Shown: positions 18,574-28,653 of the stretch, piece after piece
Position numbering within the stretch: the first letter of the stretch is position 1
How the letters are laid out: every line of letters starts with the position of its first letter
IMG/VR virus record: IMGVR_UViG_3300032931_001151
Span: 150,201 to 214,200 of that record
Strand: one strand, 5' to 3'
DNA length: 64,000 nucleotides
Made by a program: the position numbers and the translations under genes
Notes under the pieces: generated by a model
Database searches by the model: none
Told to the model about the DNA's origin: nothing
The model's input: only the letters and a program-made list of their open reading frames with translations

Positions 18574-21450
18574 ATGTATTCATCTATCTACTTTAATAGG
18601 TCTAAATCTATAATCCATCTATGGGAATATATTGATGGAGTAAAAACCCATAATACATTTGAGGCTCCACTCTATTTTTACAAACAAGATAAAGATGGTC
18701 CTTTTACTTCAATATATGGCGAAAAACTAAAAAAAGTTGAATGTAAAACATATAACGAATATCAAGAGAAGATTGAAAATCTCAAAAAGATGGGTAAAAA
18801 GTTATATGAATCCGACGTTTCAATAGATTCTAAATTTATTATTGATCATTACATAGGACAAGATTTACAACCACCAAAATTCAATATACACTTTATTGAT
18901 ATTGAGGTTCATTCTGAGGATGGATTTCCTTCACCCGACGAAGCAAAACATCCTATTACGGTTATAACCGTGTGGTCAACAAAGCACGAAAAATTTTTCA
19001 TTTTTGCTGAAAAAGATTTTGAAGTTAATTTTCTTCGTGAAGGTGAGAGTTGTCAAAAAATAATTTGCTCCGATGAGGCTGGCAGATTAAGGGAATTCGT
19101 TAATTTTATCAATGAAGAGCATCCGGATGTGATTTCCGGGTGGAACTCGGATGGATTTGATATACCATATATTATTCGTAGAACAGAACAATTATGTGGA
19201 GAACGATGGGTAAAAAAGTTAAGTCCTATTGGGGTAGTTAGAGAAGTGGAAATGACCGTAGGAAAAGGTGCAAACAAAAAGAAAGAAAAAAGATTCATAA
19301 TTGGGGGAATTAATTGTCTTGATCTATTATGGGTTTATAGAAATTATACTTTCTCGGATAGAGAAAACTATAGATTGGGATATATAGCCGAACTTGAGAT
19401 AGGGGAAACGAAGCTTGAGTATGACGGATCTTTGTCGGATCTATATAAAGACTGGCAAAAGTATATGGAATATAACGTTCAAGATACTCGTCTTTTAAAA
19501 TTAATTGAACAAAAACTTGGATATCTTGGTTTATTATTTACCTTTTGTTATGGATGCCGTGTTCCATTTGATCAATATAGTAAAACTACAAGAGTCCTTG
19601 ATGGGGCTTTTATCTCGGAACTATCAAGAGAAGGCATAATTCTCCCCGATGTAAATAGAGACATCACGGACGTTCAATATCCTGGTGGGTTCGTGAAGGA
19701 TCCGGATAGAGGTGTTCACGATTGGATTATGTCGTTTGACGCAACCTCGCTTTATCCATCAATTATGATGAATTGGAATATAAGCCCCGAAACTAAATAT
19801 GCCGTATTAAATAAGAAATTTATTGATGCTACCGTTGAAGCATATCGTGGGGTTTCGCTTAACGATGATTTAAAATTTAATCTTCCGGGAAAAGCACAAA
19901 ATAAAACAATTTATGAAATAGTATCATATGTAAGACAAAAAGGATTGAAAGAGGTAAACAAAGAAGACGGTGGAATACATGGTTTATTTAATGACGAACC
20001 TATAAAGCACATAACAAATGCTTTAGCTAATCTTCCATATGAAAACATTGAGGTATATTTTAATAATGAATTAACTAACATAGTTAATGTCGTAAAGATT
20101 ATAAAAGATAAGAACTTATGTCTATCTGGAAATGGGATTTTATATACTCAAGATAAGATCGGGGTTATTCCAAGATTCGTTAAAATATGGTTTGATAAGA
20201 GAAAAGAATATAAAAAGAAAATGCTTGAAGCCGAAACTCTAGGTGATAAAGATAAGAAGAAATACTACGATTTACTCCAATTAAATTTTAAGATTCTAAT
20301 TAATAGCGTATATGGTTATTTAGGTACTTGCCATTCAAGGTTCTACGATTTTGATAATGCTGTGGCGGTTACGATAAATGGTCAAAATATTATTAAAGAT
20401 GCATCATATTCTATTGAAAACTTCTTTCTTAATAAATGGTCAACCCATTTCATGGGAGAAAAGTTAAAAGCAAGTAACTTTGAAGGTGTTATTACATATA
20501 ACGATACGGATAGCGTATATGTAAATGGTGGAAGAATTATTAATAGTATTAAAGCAATAGACATGAACTCTTATGACATGAATAAAATAAAGAACTTTAT
20601 AATATTTGGAAAGCCATATTCCAATGAAGATTTGTACGATATCCACGAAGAAAAAGGTAAGAAGAATCTAAAAATAAAAGAACAATTTAAAAAATTAGAA
20701 GATAACGCTAAAAGTATTCAAAATATTATTCAAAAACTTATAACGGACTCCATGATACATTTAACGACTATAAAATTTAATTGTAAAGAAAATAAAATCT
20801 TCTTCAAGAGAGAGGCGGTTGCAAGGCGAGCTGGGTTCTTACAACGAAAGAGATATGTTGCATGGGTTCTTAATAATGAAGGAGTTGAATGTGATAAGAT
20901 GAAATGTGTTGGGGTTGAAATGGTTAGATCTTCAACCCCATTATTCATTCAAGATGTTCTTGAAGATGTTGTTTTTGATATGTTGAAGTATAAATCTCTT
21001 GAAAAAAGCGATGAAAAGGTAAAAGATATTAGAGATAAATTTCTTAAGGCTCCTATAGAACAAATCTCATTTCCAAGAGGTATTCATGGGATGGACAAAT
21101 ATGAAGAAGGCGGTGAAAGTGAAAATAAATCCCAACCCATTCATGTTAGAGCGTCTATGTTATATAATGATATGATAAGTTCAAATCCTATACTTAAAAA
21201 TAAATATAATTTAATTAAGAATGATTCAAAGTTAAAATTCATATATATGAAACCATCGGCTATCTTTAGATCAAATGTTATTGCTTTCGTCGATAAATGG
21301 CCTAAAGAGTTTAATCTTGAAGCCAATATTGATAAAGATTTACAATTTGAAAAGACTTTTATTATGCCTATGACACAGTTTTATGAGTTGTTTGGCTGGA
21401 CTATGCCAAATTTAAAAAATGTAGATGTTTCTGATCTATTCGTTTTTTAA
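18574..21450 (+). CDS. Family B DNA polymerase (gp43)
   Basis: Exo DIE, GWNSDGFD, YNVQD; polymerase SFDATSLYPS, KILINSVYG, YNDTDS. Confidence 0.97.
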   Translation: MYSSIYFNRSKSIIHLWEYIDGVKTHNTFEAPLYFYKQDKDGPFTSIYGEKLKKVECKTYNEYQEKIENLKKMGKKLYESDVSIDSKFIIDHYIGQDLQPPKFNIHFIDIEVHSEDGFPSPDEAKHPITVITVWSTKHEKFFIFAEKDFEVNFLREGESCQKIICSDEAGRLREFVNFINEEHPDVISGWNSDGFDIPYIIRRTEQLCGERWVKKLSPIGVVREVEMTVGKGANKKKEKRFIIGGINCLDLLWVYRNYTFSDRENYRLGYIAELEIGETKLEYDGSLSDLYKDWQKYMEYNVQDTRLLKLIEQKLGYLGLLFTFCYGCRVPFDQYSKTTRVLDGAFISELSREGIILPDVNRDITDVQYPGGFVKDPDRGVHDWIMSFDATSLYPSIMMNWNISPETKYAVLNKKFIDATVEAYRGVSLNDDLKFNLPGKAQNKTIYEIVSYVRQKGLKEVNKEDGGIHGLFNDEPIKHITNALANLPYENIEVYFNNELTNIVNVVKIIKDKNLCLSGNGILYTQDKIGVIPRFVKIWFDKRKEYKKKMLEAETLGDKDKKKYYDLLQLNFKILINSVYGYLGTCHSRFYDFDNAVAVTINGQNIIKDASYSIENFFLNKWSTHFMGEKLKASNFEGVITYNDTDSVYVNGGRIINSIKAIDMNSYDMNKIKNFIIFGKPYSNEDLYDIHEEKGKKNLKIKEQFKKLEDNAKSIQNIIQKLITDSMIHLTTIKFNCKENKIFFKREAVARRAGFLQRKRYVAWVLNNEGVECDKMKCVGVEMVRSSTPLFIQDVLEDVVFDMLKYKSLEKSDEKVKDIRDKFLKAPIEQISFPRGIHGMDKYEEGGESENKSQPIHVRASMLYNDMISSNPILKNKYNLIKNDSKLKFIYMKPSAIFRSNVIAFVDKWPKEFNLEANIDKDLQFEKTFIMPMTQFYELFGWTMPNLKNVDVSDLFVF

Positions 21451-21451
21451 A

Positions 21452-22894
21452 TTATTTTATATCCGGGGTGGATCCTCCCATTTTACTCCAAGTATCACCC
21501 GCTTGTTGGAGATAATCATTTAATCCCCCTAATATATTCTTAACAAATCTACCAGATAAAATGCCATCGACTACTTTAAATGAAGCTCCGACAGCTTTAA
21601 GCCAAGCAAACCCTTTAGCATAGTTTACTTTAGATACAAGTTTAGATTCAACGTCTTTAAATTTATTTTGTGGCTTTCCTTTACTAATAACAAATGCTTT
21701 AGTTAAAGGTTTGTTATTAATAGAGTTATCAATAATTTTTGCTTTTGTATTTCCATCAAAATTAACCAATTGAATATGCATCATCTTCGTTCCCGAAGAT
21801 TTAGCTTCTTTAGTATCTTCAATTTGCGCTTTAATATCAACTATTTCTTTAATTGCTTCTTCAAATTGCGGACTACTAGCTTTTTCTTCCAAAGCTTTTC
21901 TTAAAGCGGTATTTCCCATAACTTTTGTATACATAACATCGGTTTTTTCTTTTTGTATAGCATCCGCATTAACTTTAGTATTTAAAGGCGATCCACTTTT
22001 TAGATTAGAACATATTTGTGCTATTTTATTCTCATATATAGTTGTAGCCTTTTCAACATTTCTATCTGCTTGATAATATCCGAATTGAATACATTCCGTA
22101 ATAGTCGCCCTATCTAATATTAAATCAACTAATTTTACTACCACTTCTTTTCCCTTTTCTGGTCCGTCAGTATATACTACTTTAGCCGTTCCATTTTTTT
22201 CGTCAATATATTTAGGTGGAAGTTTATTATCTTTAGTATCAATTGGGGGTTTCGGGTCTTCAATTTGTTTGGGGTCTTCCGAGGTGGAATCAGGAGTAGA
22301 GGTCGGAGCATTGAGATCTTCCGCCGCTTCGTAAAACAAAGACGATATATGTTCTTTTAACTCTTTGATATTATTATCTTTAGGCGCATTCATATCAACG
22401 AACTTCACATGATACTTATCAATTTTAATCTTTCCTTCTAATTGTTCTGGTTTTTTGAGTTTATTTAATAGCGTTTCGGTGTCAACGTACCATACCATAT
22501 CTCCGGGAGTAGCATCTTTTGATGTTGACATAGTTTCAGAATCTTCCGCTTCTTTCATATAAAAAGATTCGCTCACTACTTTTTTAATTTTACTTTTTAT
22601 TTTTTTCTTTTTTGTTTTCTTATCAACCATAGATTTAGGTCCAATTACTTTTGTAATCTCGTCATGAGTCGGAGACTGGCTAATGGGTGTATCATCTATT
22701 TTTCCGCCAACTTGAGTTACTTTTTTATCCATACTAATTTTGTTCAATGCGTCTCCTACTACTAAAGAGGGATTATCAAATCCAGATTTTATATCACTTA
22801 CGGCACCTTTAAATTTACTCCAAATTCCTTCCTTTTTATTAGAATCCGCCTCATTTTTTTGTTCTTCTAATAATGTCTTGAAAAAGTCTTCCAT
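21452..22894 (-). CDS. Late hypothetical protein (putative virion internal protein)
   Basis: TATAAATA at 22968-22975 (-); starts MEDFFKTLLEE. Confidence 0.6.
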   Translation of the reverse strand: MEDFFKTLLEEQKNEADSNKKEGIWSKFKGAVSDIKSGFDNPSLVVGDALNKISMDKKVTQVGGKIDDTPISQSPTHDEITKVIGPKSMVDKKTKKKKIKSKIKKVVSESFYMKEAEDSETMSTSKDATPGDMVWYVDTETLLNKLKKPEQLEGKIKIDKYHVKFVDMNAPKDNNIKELKEHISSLFYEAAEDLNAPTSTPDSTSEDPKQIEDPKPPIDTKDNKLPPKYIDEKNGTAKVVYTDGPEKGKEVVVKLVDLILDRATITECIQFGYYQADRNVEKATTIYENKIAQICSNLKSGSPLNTKVNADAIQKEKTDVMYTKVMGNTALRKALEEKASSPQFEEAIKEIVDIKAQIEDTKEAKSSGTKMMHIQLVNFDGNTKAKIIDNSINNKPLTKAFVISKGKPQNKFKDVESKLVSKVNYAKGFAWLKAVGASFKVVDGILSGRFVKNILGGLNDYLQQAGDTWSKMGGSTPDIK

Positions 22895-22992
22895 TTTATC
22901 CTCATTTTAGTGATACCAAGTTTGTATTGGTTTTTGGATTTATGTGCGATATAATAACTACAATTCATATTTATACAAAAGGAGAAATTGAT

Positions 22993-24150
22993 ATGGCTAG
23001 AAAATCATCCACCCCAGAAGATGGCGAAGCAAAACAAAGTAAGTCTTTAATTGCAGATTTCTTAAAGAAATCACAAATAAAAGGACTTGAAATGGCGAGT
23101 GTGTTAAGCACTAGTCTTCTTTCAAACGTGTCGGAATGGGTTAGTACCGGTAGTCTATCTCTTAATAAGATAATATCTGGTGATATCTATAAAGGTTTAC
23201 CAAGAGGTAGAATTATGGCCTTTGCTGGACCTTCTGGTGTCGGTAAAACCTATTTACTTATGTCTTCAGCAAGAGAAGCTCAAAAACAAGGATATACTAT
23301 ATTAGTATTAGATTCGGAAAACGCTTTTGACGCTGACTCTTTTCGAAGACTCGGCGGAAATCCTGACGAGGTTCTGCATTTCCCGGTTATAACTGTTACG
23401 GAGTGCCGTAATAAATGTGTTCAAATAATGGACGAATGGATGAAACTTCATCCCGAGTCAAAGTTGTTTATTATAGTGGACTCATTAGGTGGACTAACTA
23501 CGGAAAAGGTATTTGAAGATATAGAAAAGGATGAAGGTAAGGCCGACATGGGTAATAGAGCCAAACAACTTCGTGAGATGGCTAAAGTATTCACTAATTA
23601 TATTGCCAAGCATCAAGCTATCATGATCGTTTCCAATCACACGTATGAGCAACCACCCCCAAATCCAAAAATGCCACCCGTTGTTAAATTTGGTGGCGGT
23701 GAGGGATTTGTATATGCTACTTCTGGCATAGTATTCTTAAAAAAGAGTCAAATCCGTGAAGAAGAAGTTGACGCTCAAGGCAATTCCGTTAAGGTTAAAA
23801 AGGGAAATATTCTCAAAGCAACCGCTGAAAAAAATAGATTCGTCCCAGAAGGCATGGTTGGGGAGATTTATCTTTCGTTTGAAACCGGACTTAATAAGTG
23901 GTATGGATTACTTAATGATGCGCTTGAAGCACAATTAATAACTGAGCCGTCTCAAGGTTGGTATCACTTTGCACACCAAGAAGGCAATGTTAGAAAGAAA
24001 GAATTATATAAAACGGCAAATTGGGTTGGATTAATTGATAAGTTGGCTGAACATATTAGAAATAAATACAAATATACCAAATTTACTACCGATGAAGAGA
24101 TTGAGGCTACCTTGGGGTCAGTAGAAAAAGAAGAAGATAAAGGCGATTGA
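22993..24150 (+). CDS. uvsX: UvsX RecA-like recombinase
   Basis: STGSLSLN; AGPSGVGKT; DSENA; IVDSLG; KADMG.RAK; NHTY. Confidence 0.93.
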   Translation: MARKSSTPEDGEAKQSKSLIADFLKKSQIKGLEMASVLSTSLLSNVSEWVSTGSLSLNKIISGDIYKGLPRGRIMAFAGPSGVGKTYLLMSSAREAQKQGYTILVLDSENAFDADSFRRLGGNPDEVLHFPVITVTECRNKCVQIMDEWMKLHPESKLFIIVDSLGGLTTEKVFEDIEKDEGKADMGNRAKQLREMAKVFTNYIAKHQAIMIVSNHTYEQPPPNPKMPPVVKFGGGEGFVYATSGIVFLKKSQIREEEVDAQGNSVKVKKGNILKATAEKNRFVPEGMVGEIYLSFETGLNKWYGLLNDALEAQLITEPSQGWYHFAHQEGNVRKKELYKTANWVGLIDKLAEHIRNKYKYTKFTTDEEIEATLGSVEKEEDKGD

Positions 24151-24205
24151 CATATAGTTATTTTGGAACTATAGTTAGAATTATCAACCAAGGAGGTAGC
24201 GGCGA

Positions 24206-25633
24206 GTGTCGGACAACAATATTCAATATTATATTTTAAACGGGCTTCTATCAATAGAAGATTATGCGTCTAAATATATTGATAAAATAGATGCCTCGCA
24301 TTTTGCAATAGAAATGCGACCAATTATAAAGGGGATTCAGAAGTTCCATTTAAAGAACTTGAAAATCCCCTCAATTGGCATCCTTATTGATAGAGTTATT
24401 CCAGTAATTACGAAAAATGATCCAGAGCAACAACAAAAATGTGAAGATATAATTCAATCCGCAATGGCTATTGAGTTTAAGAAAAATGACTTTTATGATT
24501 GGTTAAAAACGGAAACTAATGAGTTTATCAAGAAACAACGAGTTATTGATGCTTTGATGAAAGCCGTAGATATTGTAAATAACGGTGACGTGGACGAAGC
24601 CAAAAAACTAATGGATGAGGCTTATCAAATTACATTTGATGATAATCTCGGATTAGATTATTTTGGAAATTTAGAAGATAGAATGAAAAGACTTAAAACT
24701 GGAGCAAACATAATTAATACTGGATTAGAAATACTTAATAATATGATTGGTGGTGGTTGGAGAAATAAGTCATTAATAGTGTTTGGTGCTGGAACTAACG
24801 TAGGTAAAACTCTAATTTTAAGTGATATATCATTTAAGTTAATAAAGCAAGGTCTTAACGGATTATATGTAACTCTTGAAATTTATGAAGATAGTTTGGC
24901 GAATAGAATAGATGCTAATTTATCTAATATTGAATTAAGTGAGTTACCTTCAAATGTTGATTATTTAATGCAAAAAATATTAGAAGAAAAGAAAAACGCC
25001 GAAGCTTCGGGTAATCCGTTTGGAAGATTTATTATCAAAGAATTCCCACCTGGCATTAATTGTAATACTATTCTTTCTACCATTAGAGAATTAAATCTTA
25101 AACAAGGATTTAAACCGGATTTCCTTGTGATAGATTATATTGGATTATTGGCTCCAAATGGAAAAACTGCCGATAATTCTTTTACGGATTTAAAGAAAGT
25201 ATCGGAACAAGTTAGAACTCTATCGTCAATGTTGAATATTCCCGTATTTACCGCCCAACAAACAAATCGTGATAGTTACGGGTTGAGTGAAATCGGACTT
25301 GAATCCACCTCGGAATCAATGGGTATACCTTTTACCGCCGATATTATGATTATGTGTTCACGGACGAAAGATATGGAAGAAGAAAATCAAATGTATTGGT
25401 ATATAGCCAAGAGTAGATTTAGTAAAAATAACGTTGGATTCTTTGTAAATGTTGAATATCCATATATGAGAATATCTGAAACTAACGTATCTATCCAAAA
25501 TATATCCCAAAATGTATCTACAAAACCCAAGGCTGAAAAAAGAAAAGTTGAAGTAAACTTTTCTTCTCATTCCCCAAATATTAGCGGAGGCATAGATGAA
25601 ACCGAAGAATGGACAAAGACAATTAACTTATGA
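24206..25633 (+). CDS. gp41 DnaB-like replicative helicase
   Basis: AGTNVGKT; YVTLE; VIDYIG; TAQQTNR; TSESMG. Confidence 0.95.
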   Translation: MSDNNIQYYILNGLLSIEDYASKYIDKIDASHFAIEMRPIIKGIQKFHLKNLKIPSIGILIDRVIPVITKNDPEQQQKCEDIIQSAMAIEFKKNDFYDWLKTETNEFIKKQRVIDALMKAVDIVNNGDVDEAKKLMDEAYQITFDDNLGLDYFGNLEDRMKRLKTGANIINTGLEILNNMIGGGWRNKSLIVFGAGTNVGKTLILSDISFKLIKQGLNGLYVTLEIYEDSLANRIDANLSNIELSELPSNVDYLMQKILEEKKNAEASGNPFGRFIIKEFPPGINCNTILSTIRELNLKQGFKPDFLVIDYIGLLAPNGKTADNSFTDLKKVSEQVRTLSSMLNIPVFTAQQTNRDSYGLSEIGLESTSESMGIPFTADIMIMCSRTKDMEEENQMYWYIAKSRFSKNNVGFFVNVEYPYMRISETNVSIQNISQNVSTKPKAEKRKVEVNFSSHSPNISGGIDETEEWTKTINL

Positions 25634-25886
25634 CGAAATAGCTCGTAAGTACGATATGACCCCCGCCAAAGCACATTCGGTGGTCAAACAAGCATACAAT
25701 AAAATGGTCAAAGCATTGATAGAAAGAGAAAAAATAAATATTTTTGATGCAATTTTAGCACTTCGAGAATATTTTAATATGTCAGAGCAAGAAGCATATG
25801 ATAAACTAACCGACGAACATAAAGAATTATTAAAAGAATATGCTATAAAAGAGTTTGATATAAGATCAAAGAAAGGCAAGGCGTAA
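25596..25886 (+). CDS. Small protein with sigma70 region-4-like HTH
   Basis: LTYDEIARKYDMTPAKAHSVVKQAYNKM. Confidence 0.55.
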   Translation: MKPKNGQRQLTYDEIARKYDMTPAKAHSVVKQAYNKMVKALIEREKINIFDAILALREYFNMSEQEAYDKLTDEHKELLKEYAIKEFDIRSKKGKA

Positions 25887-25887
25887 A

Positions 25888-26478
25888 GTGATTCCGCACG
25901 ATCTATTTAAATTATGCATGGGGTGTTTACATAGATCGTGTGGCACTACTATACAAGATTTTAACGAGTCTAAACATTATAATTTTTTTAATATGCTACT
26001 TAAATATTTTAAAAATGAATTGAAGTTTAATAGTATACAAATAAGACAATATGTAACGGTATTAGCCAAAATACATGAAAATAGTTTTGACCCTTGGAAG
26101 TTAGATTCTCAAGAATACTTTAATGATTTTAAGGCTTGGTATAAAGTCAACTCCTCTAAAGATGCTTACTTAAATAATGTTAAAGAAAGCGTTAAGACCA
26201 TAATAAAATTTTGTAAAACGAAAAAAATAAAAAAGTTAGAAGACTATGTAAAGAATTGGGGTGTAACACATTATATCTCCGGAGTGCTTAACGAAAACGT
26301 CGCATATGCAATAGGTTTACATGAACTTACTCTATCTAAACCTGAAAAATTTATGGTAAAAAGATTTTTGAAGAATGTTCCAATGATAAAAGAGAGACTT
26401 GAGAGAGAAGGTCGCTTAAAAGTATTATTAGAAGATGAAATAAAACAAGCCAAAGAAATGTTGATTTGGATTTCTTGA
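25888..26478 (+). CDS. Probable gp59-like helicase loader
   Basis: Size and position (immediately before gp32, as in T4); sequence similarity weak by eye. Confidence 0.5.
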   Translation: MIPHDLFKLCMGCLHRSCGTTIQDFNESKHYNFFNMLLKYFKNELKFNSIQIRQYVTVLAKIHENSFDPWKLDSQEYFNDFKAWYKVNSSKDAYLNNVKESVKTIIKFCKTKKIKKLEDYVKNWGVTHYISGVLNENVAYAIGLHELTLSKPEKFMVKRFLKNVPMIKERLEREGRLKVLLEDEIKQAKEMLIWIS

Positions 26479-26578
26479 CTTGCTATAATAAATAAAGAAT
26501 GAGTTGGGAATGTTTCCCGATTTCTATATCTAGTTAGAAGTATCTAACGTATCCAATATATCCCAAAAGGAAATATCC

Positions 26579-27556
26579 ATGTCAAAATTCGACACATTAT
26601 CCCAAAACACTAAATTTGAAGAACTTCGCCAGAAACTTCAAAAGCAACGCACCGATGCTGAAAATAAAAAGAACGGTGGGACTACCCGAGATGATACTTG
26701 GAAGTTTCTTCCCGAGCTTCCAGCCGATAAGCCAAGTGCAAAATACACACTAAGAATTCTACCAAATCGCCACGATATGGAATCGTCATATCCTTGGATT
26801 GATGGTTATTTCCATATGTTCCGTAGAAGCGATGGTAAGTTCATCTATACTATGTGTCCTACTACGGTGGACGAAAAAGCCCCATGTCCAATTTGTGAAA
26901 AAGCTAAAAAACTATTCGCAACTAAAGATAAAGCAGACGAGGATGCCGCTTTTAAACTCTATAGAAAACAACGCTTCTTCGTTAACGTTTACGTAAAAGC
27001 GGATCCGAGAGTTGGCGAAACCAATCAAGCAGGTAAAGTCGTTGTATACGAATTTGGTAAGAAATTATTTGATAAGTTCTCGGATGCTATTCTTGAGCAA
27101 CAACTTGAAATTGTTAATACTTTAAACGGACACGATTTCATGCTTGTACTTAAGAAACAAGGCGAATATACAAACTATGATAGTTCGCTATTCGTTGCTA
27201 AAGAAAGTGTAGTCCATGAAGAGGAAGAAGAGTTGAATAAGATTTATGATTCGATAATTAATCTTAAAGAGAAAGTTATAGGTCGTGGACCGCAAACTTA
27301 CGAGAAACTTCAAGAGATGCTTACTGGTCAACCCGCTAATGGGGCTTCAGTATCAAATGCTCCTAAAGTTTCAATTACGAGTGATTCGGCTAAAGGTGGA
27401 GCAAAGGTAATTGAAAAGCCATCAGAAGGGGTAGTTCCCGACGAAGCCGCATTCAATGAAGGTCTTGGTGCTAAACCAAAGGTAGAAACGAAAGTAAAAG
27501 CCGATGTCGCTAAAAAGAGCGACGATGACTTTGACTTTGATTTTGATGAAAAGTGA
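26579..27556 (+). CDS. gp32 ssDNA-binding protein
   Basis: RILP; H.F......IY..CP.T.....CPIC; R...NV.V..DP; YEFGKKLFD; G.DF.L; NYD.S.F; acidic C-terminal tail. Confidence 0.92.
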   Translation: MSKFDTLSQNTKFEELRQKLQKQRTDAENKKNGGTTRDDTWKFLPELPADKPSAKYTLRILPNRHDMESSYPWIDGYFHMFRRSDGKFIYTMCPTTVDEKAPCPICEKAKKLFATKDKADEDAAFKLYRKQRFFVNVYVKADPRVGETNQAGKVVVYEFGKKLFDKFSDAILEQQLEIVNTLNGHDFMLVLKKQGEYTNYDSSLFVAKESVVHEEEEELNKIYDSIINLKEKVIGRGPQTYEKLQEMLTGQPANGASVSNAPKVSITSDSAKGGAKVIEKPSEGVVPDEAAFNEGLGAKPKVETKVKADVAKKSDDDFDFDFDEK

Positions 27557-27577
27557 TAATCTTATAAAATAGGATAT

Positions 27578-27611
27578 AATAAAGGGGTGCTCAATTGAGT
27601 GCCCCTTTATT
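27578..27611 (+). terminator. Intrinsic terminator after gp32
   Basis: AATAAAGGGGTGCTC-aatt-GAGTGCCCCTTTATT. Confidence 0.8.
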
Positions 27612-27626
27612 TTTGAAAGGAACTAA

Positions 27627-28652
27627 ATGGATAAAGTTTTAATATTGACTGGAATGGCCGGATTTATAGGAATGAATGTATTAAAAGAAATGGCAAAAGA
27701 TGAAAATTTTATAAAATCATATAAAGATGTAATTTCTATAGATAAAATGGGATATGCTACCAAATATAACGATGCCGAATATAAAAAAATATGCGATTTG
27801 CATTGTATTAATATAATTAACATAAATATTAACGATTTACCTAAATCTAAATATAAATTAGAATATAAAGACGTTAAATATGATATTTTAGATATGGCTT
27901 CAGAATCGCATGTTGACAATAGCATACTAGATCCCTTTTCAATATATAATCAAAATACATCAATACCAGCAAAGTTACTTGAGTGGATTGGAAAAGAAAA
28001 TTGGAAAAATATTGGAACATATTACCATATTAGCACTGACGAAATATACTCAGAAATACCTTTAAATAAAGTAAATGATGATAAAAATTGGTTTAAAATC
28101 GATGACTCATTTAAGCCGAACAACCCATATTCAGCGTCAAAGGCGGCACAAGATTGTTTCTTAATAGCAATGAGACATACCTTTGGGTTAAATGTCAAAT
28201 TTATTAGGATGGCGAATCAAGTTGGCACATTCCAACATATAGAAAAAATGGTTCCCGCAAGCACATTAAGAATTTTAAAAGGCGAGGCTATAAAGATTTA
28301 TGGAGAGGGATTAAATGTCCGTCAATGGACCCCTGTTAATGTGACGGCTAAAATAATAGTTGATATATTAAGAGAAAAAGTTATCTTTAATGATATATTA
28401 CACATTGCTTATAGATACGGGATATATAACAATAATGAAATTTCAAATTTGATATCGGAATGCATGTTAGACTTTGGGTATAATGCTAAAATAGAATATA
28501 TTGAAGATAGATTGGGGCATGATTCCGCATACGCATTGGATACAACTCCAATAGTTGATGAATATTTTGAAGAAATAATAAACTTCAAAGACTACTTAAA
28601 ATCAACTATTGAGTTCTATGTTAAAAATAAAGAATTATATTTAGGAAAATAA
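27627..28652 (+). CDS. rmlB: dTDP-glucose 4,6-dehydratase
   Basis: TGMAGFIG; ASESHVD.SI; HISTDE; NPYSASKA; DRLGHD..YALD. Confidence 0.88.
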   Translation: MDKVLILTGMAGFIGMNVLKEMAKDENFIKSYKDVISIDKMGYATKYNDAEYKKICDLHCINIINININDLPKSKYKLEYKDVKYDILDMASESHVDNSILDPFSIYNQNTSIPAKLLEWIGKENWKNIGTYYHISTDEIYSEIPLNKVNDDKNWFKIDDSFKPNNPYSASKAAQDCFLIAMRHTFGLNVKFIRMANQVGTFQHIEKMVPASTLRILKGEAIKIYGEGLNVRQWTPVNVTAKIIVDILREKVIFNDILHIAYRYGIYNNNEISNLISECMLDFGYNAKIEYIEDRLGHDSAYALDTTPIVDEYFEEIINFKDYLKSTIEFYVKNKELYLGK

Positions 28653-28653
28653 A

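Noticed and set aside
18574-21450. Intein or intron in the DNA polymerase (also checked RNR, helicase, topoisomerase)
   Set aside because: Insertions are short and lack intein splice-junction or LAGLIDADG motifs; frames are uninterrupted.
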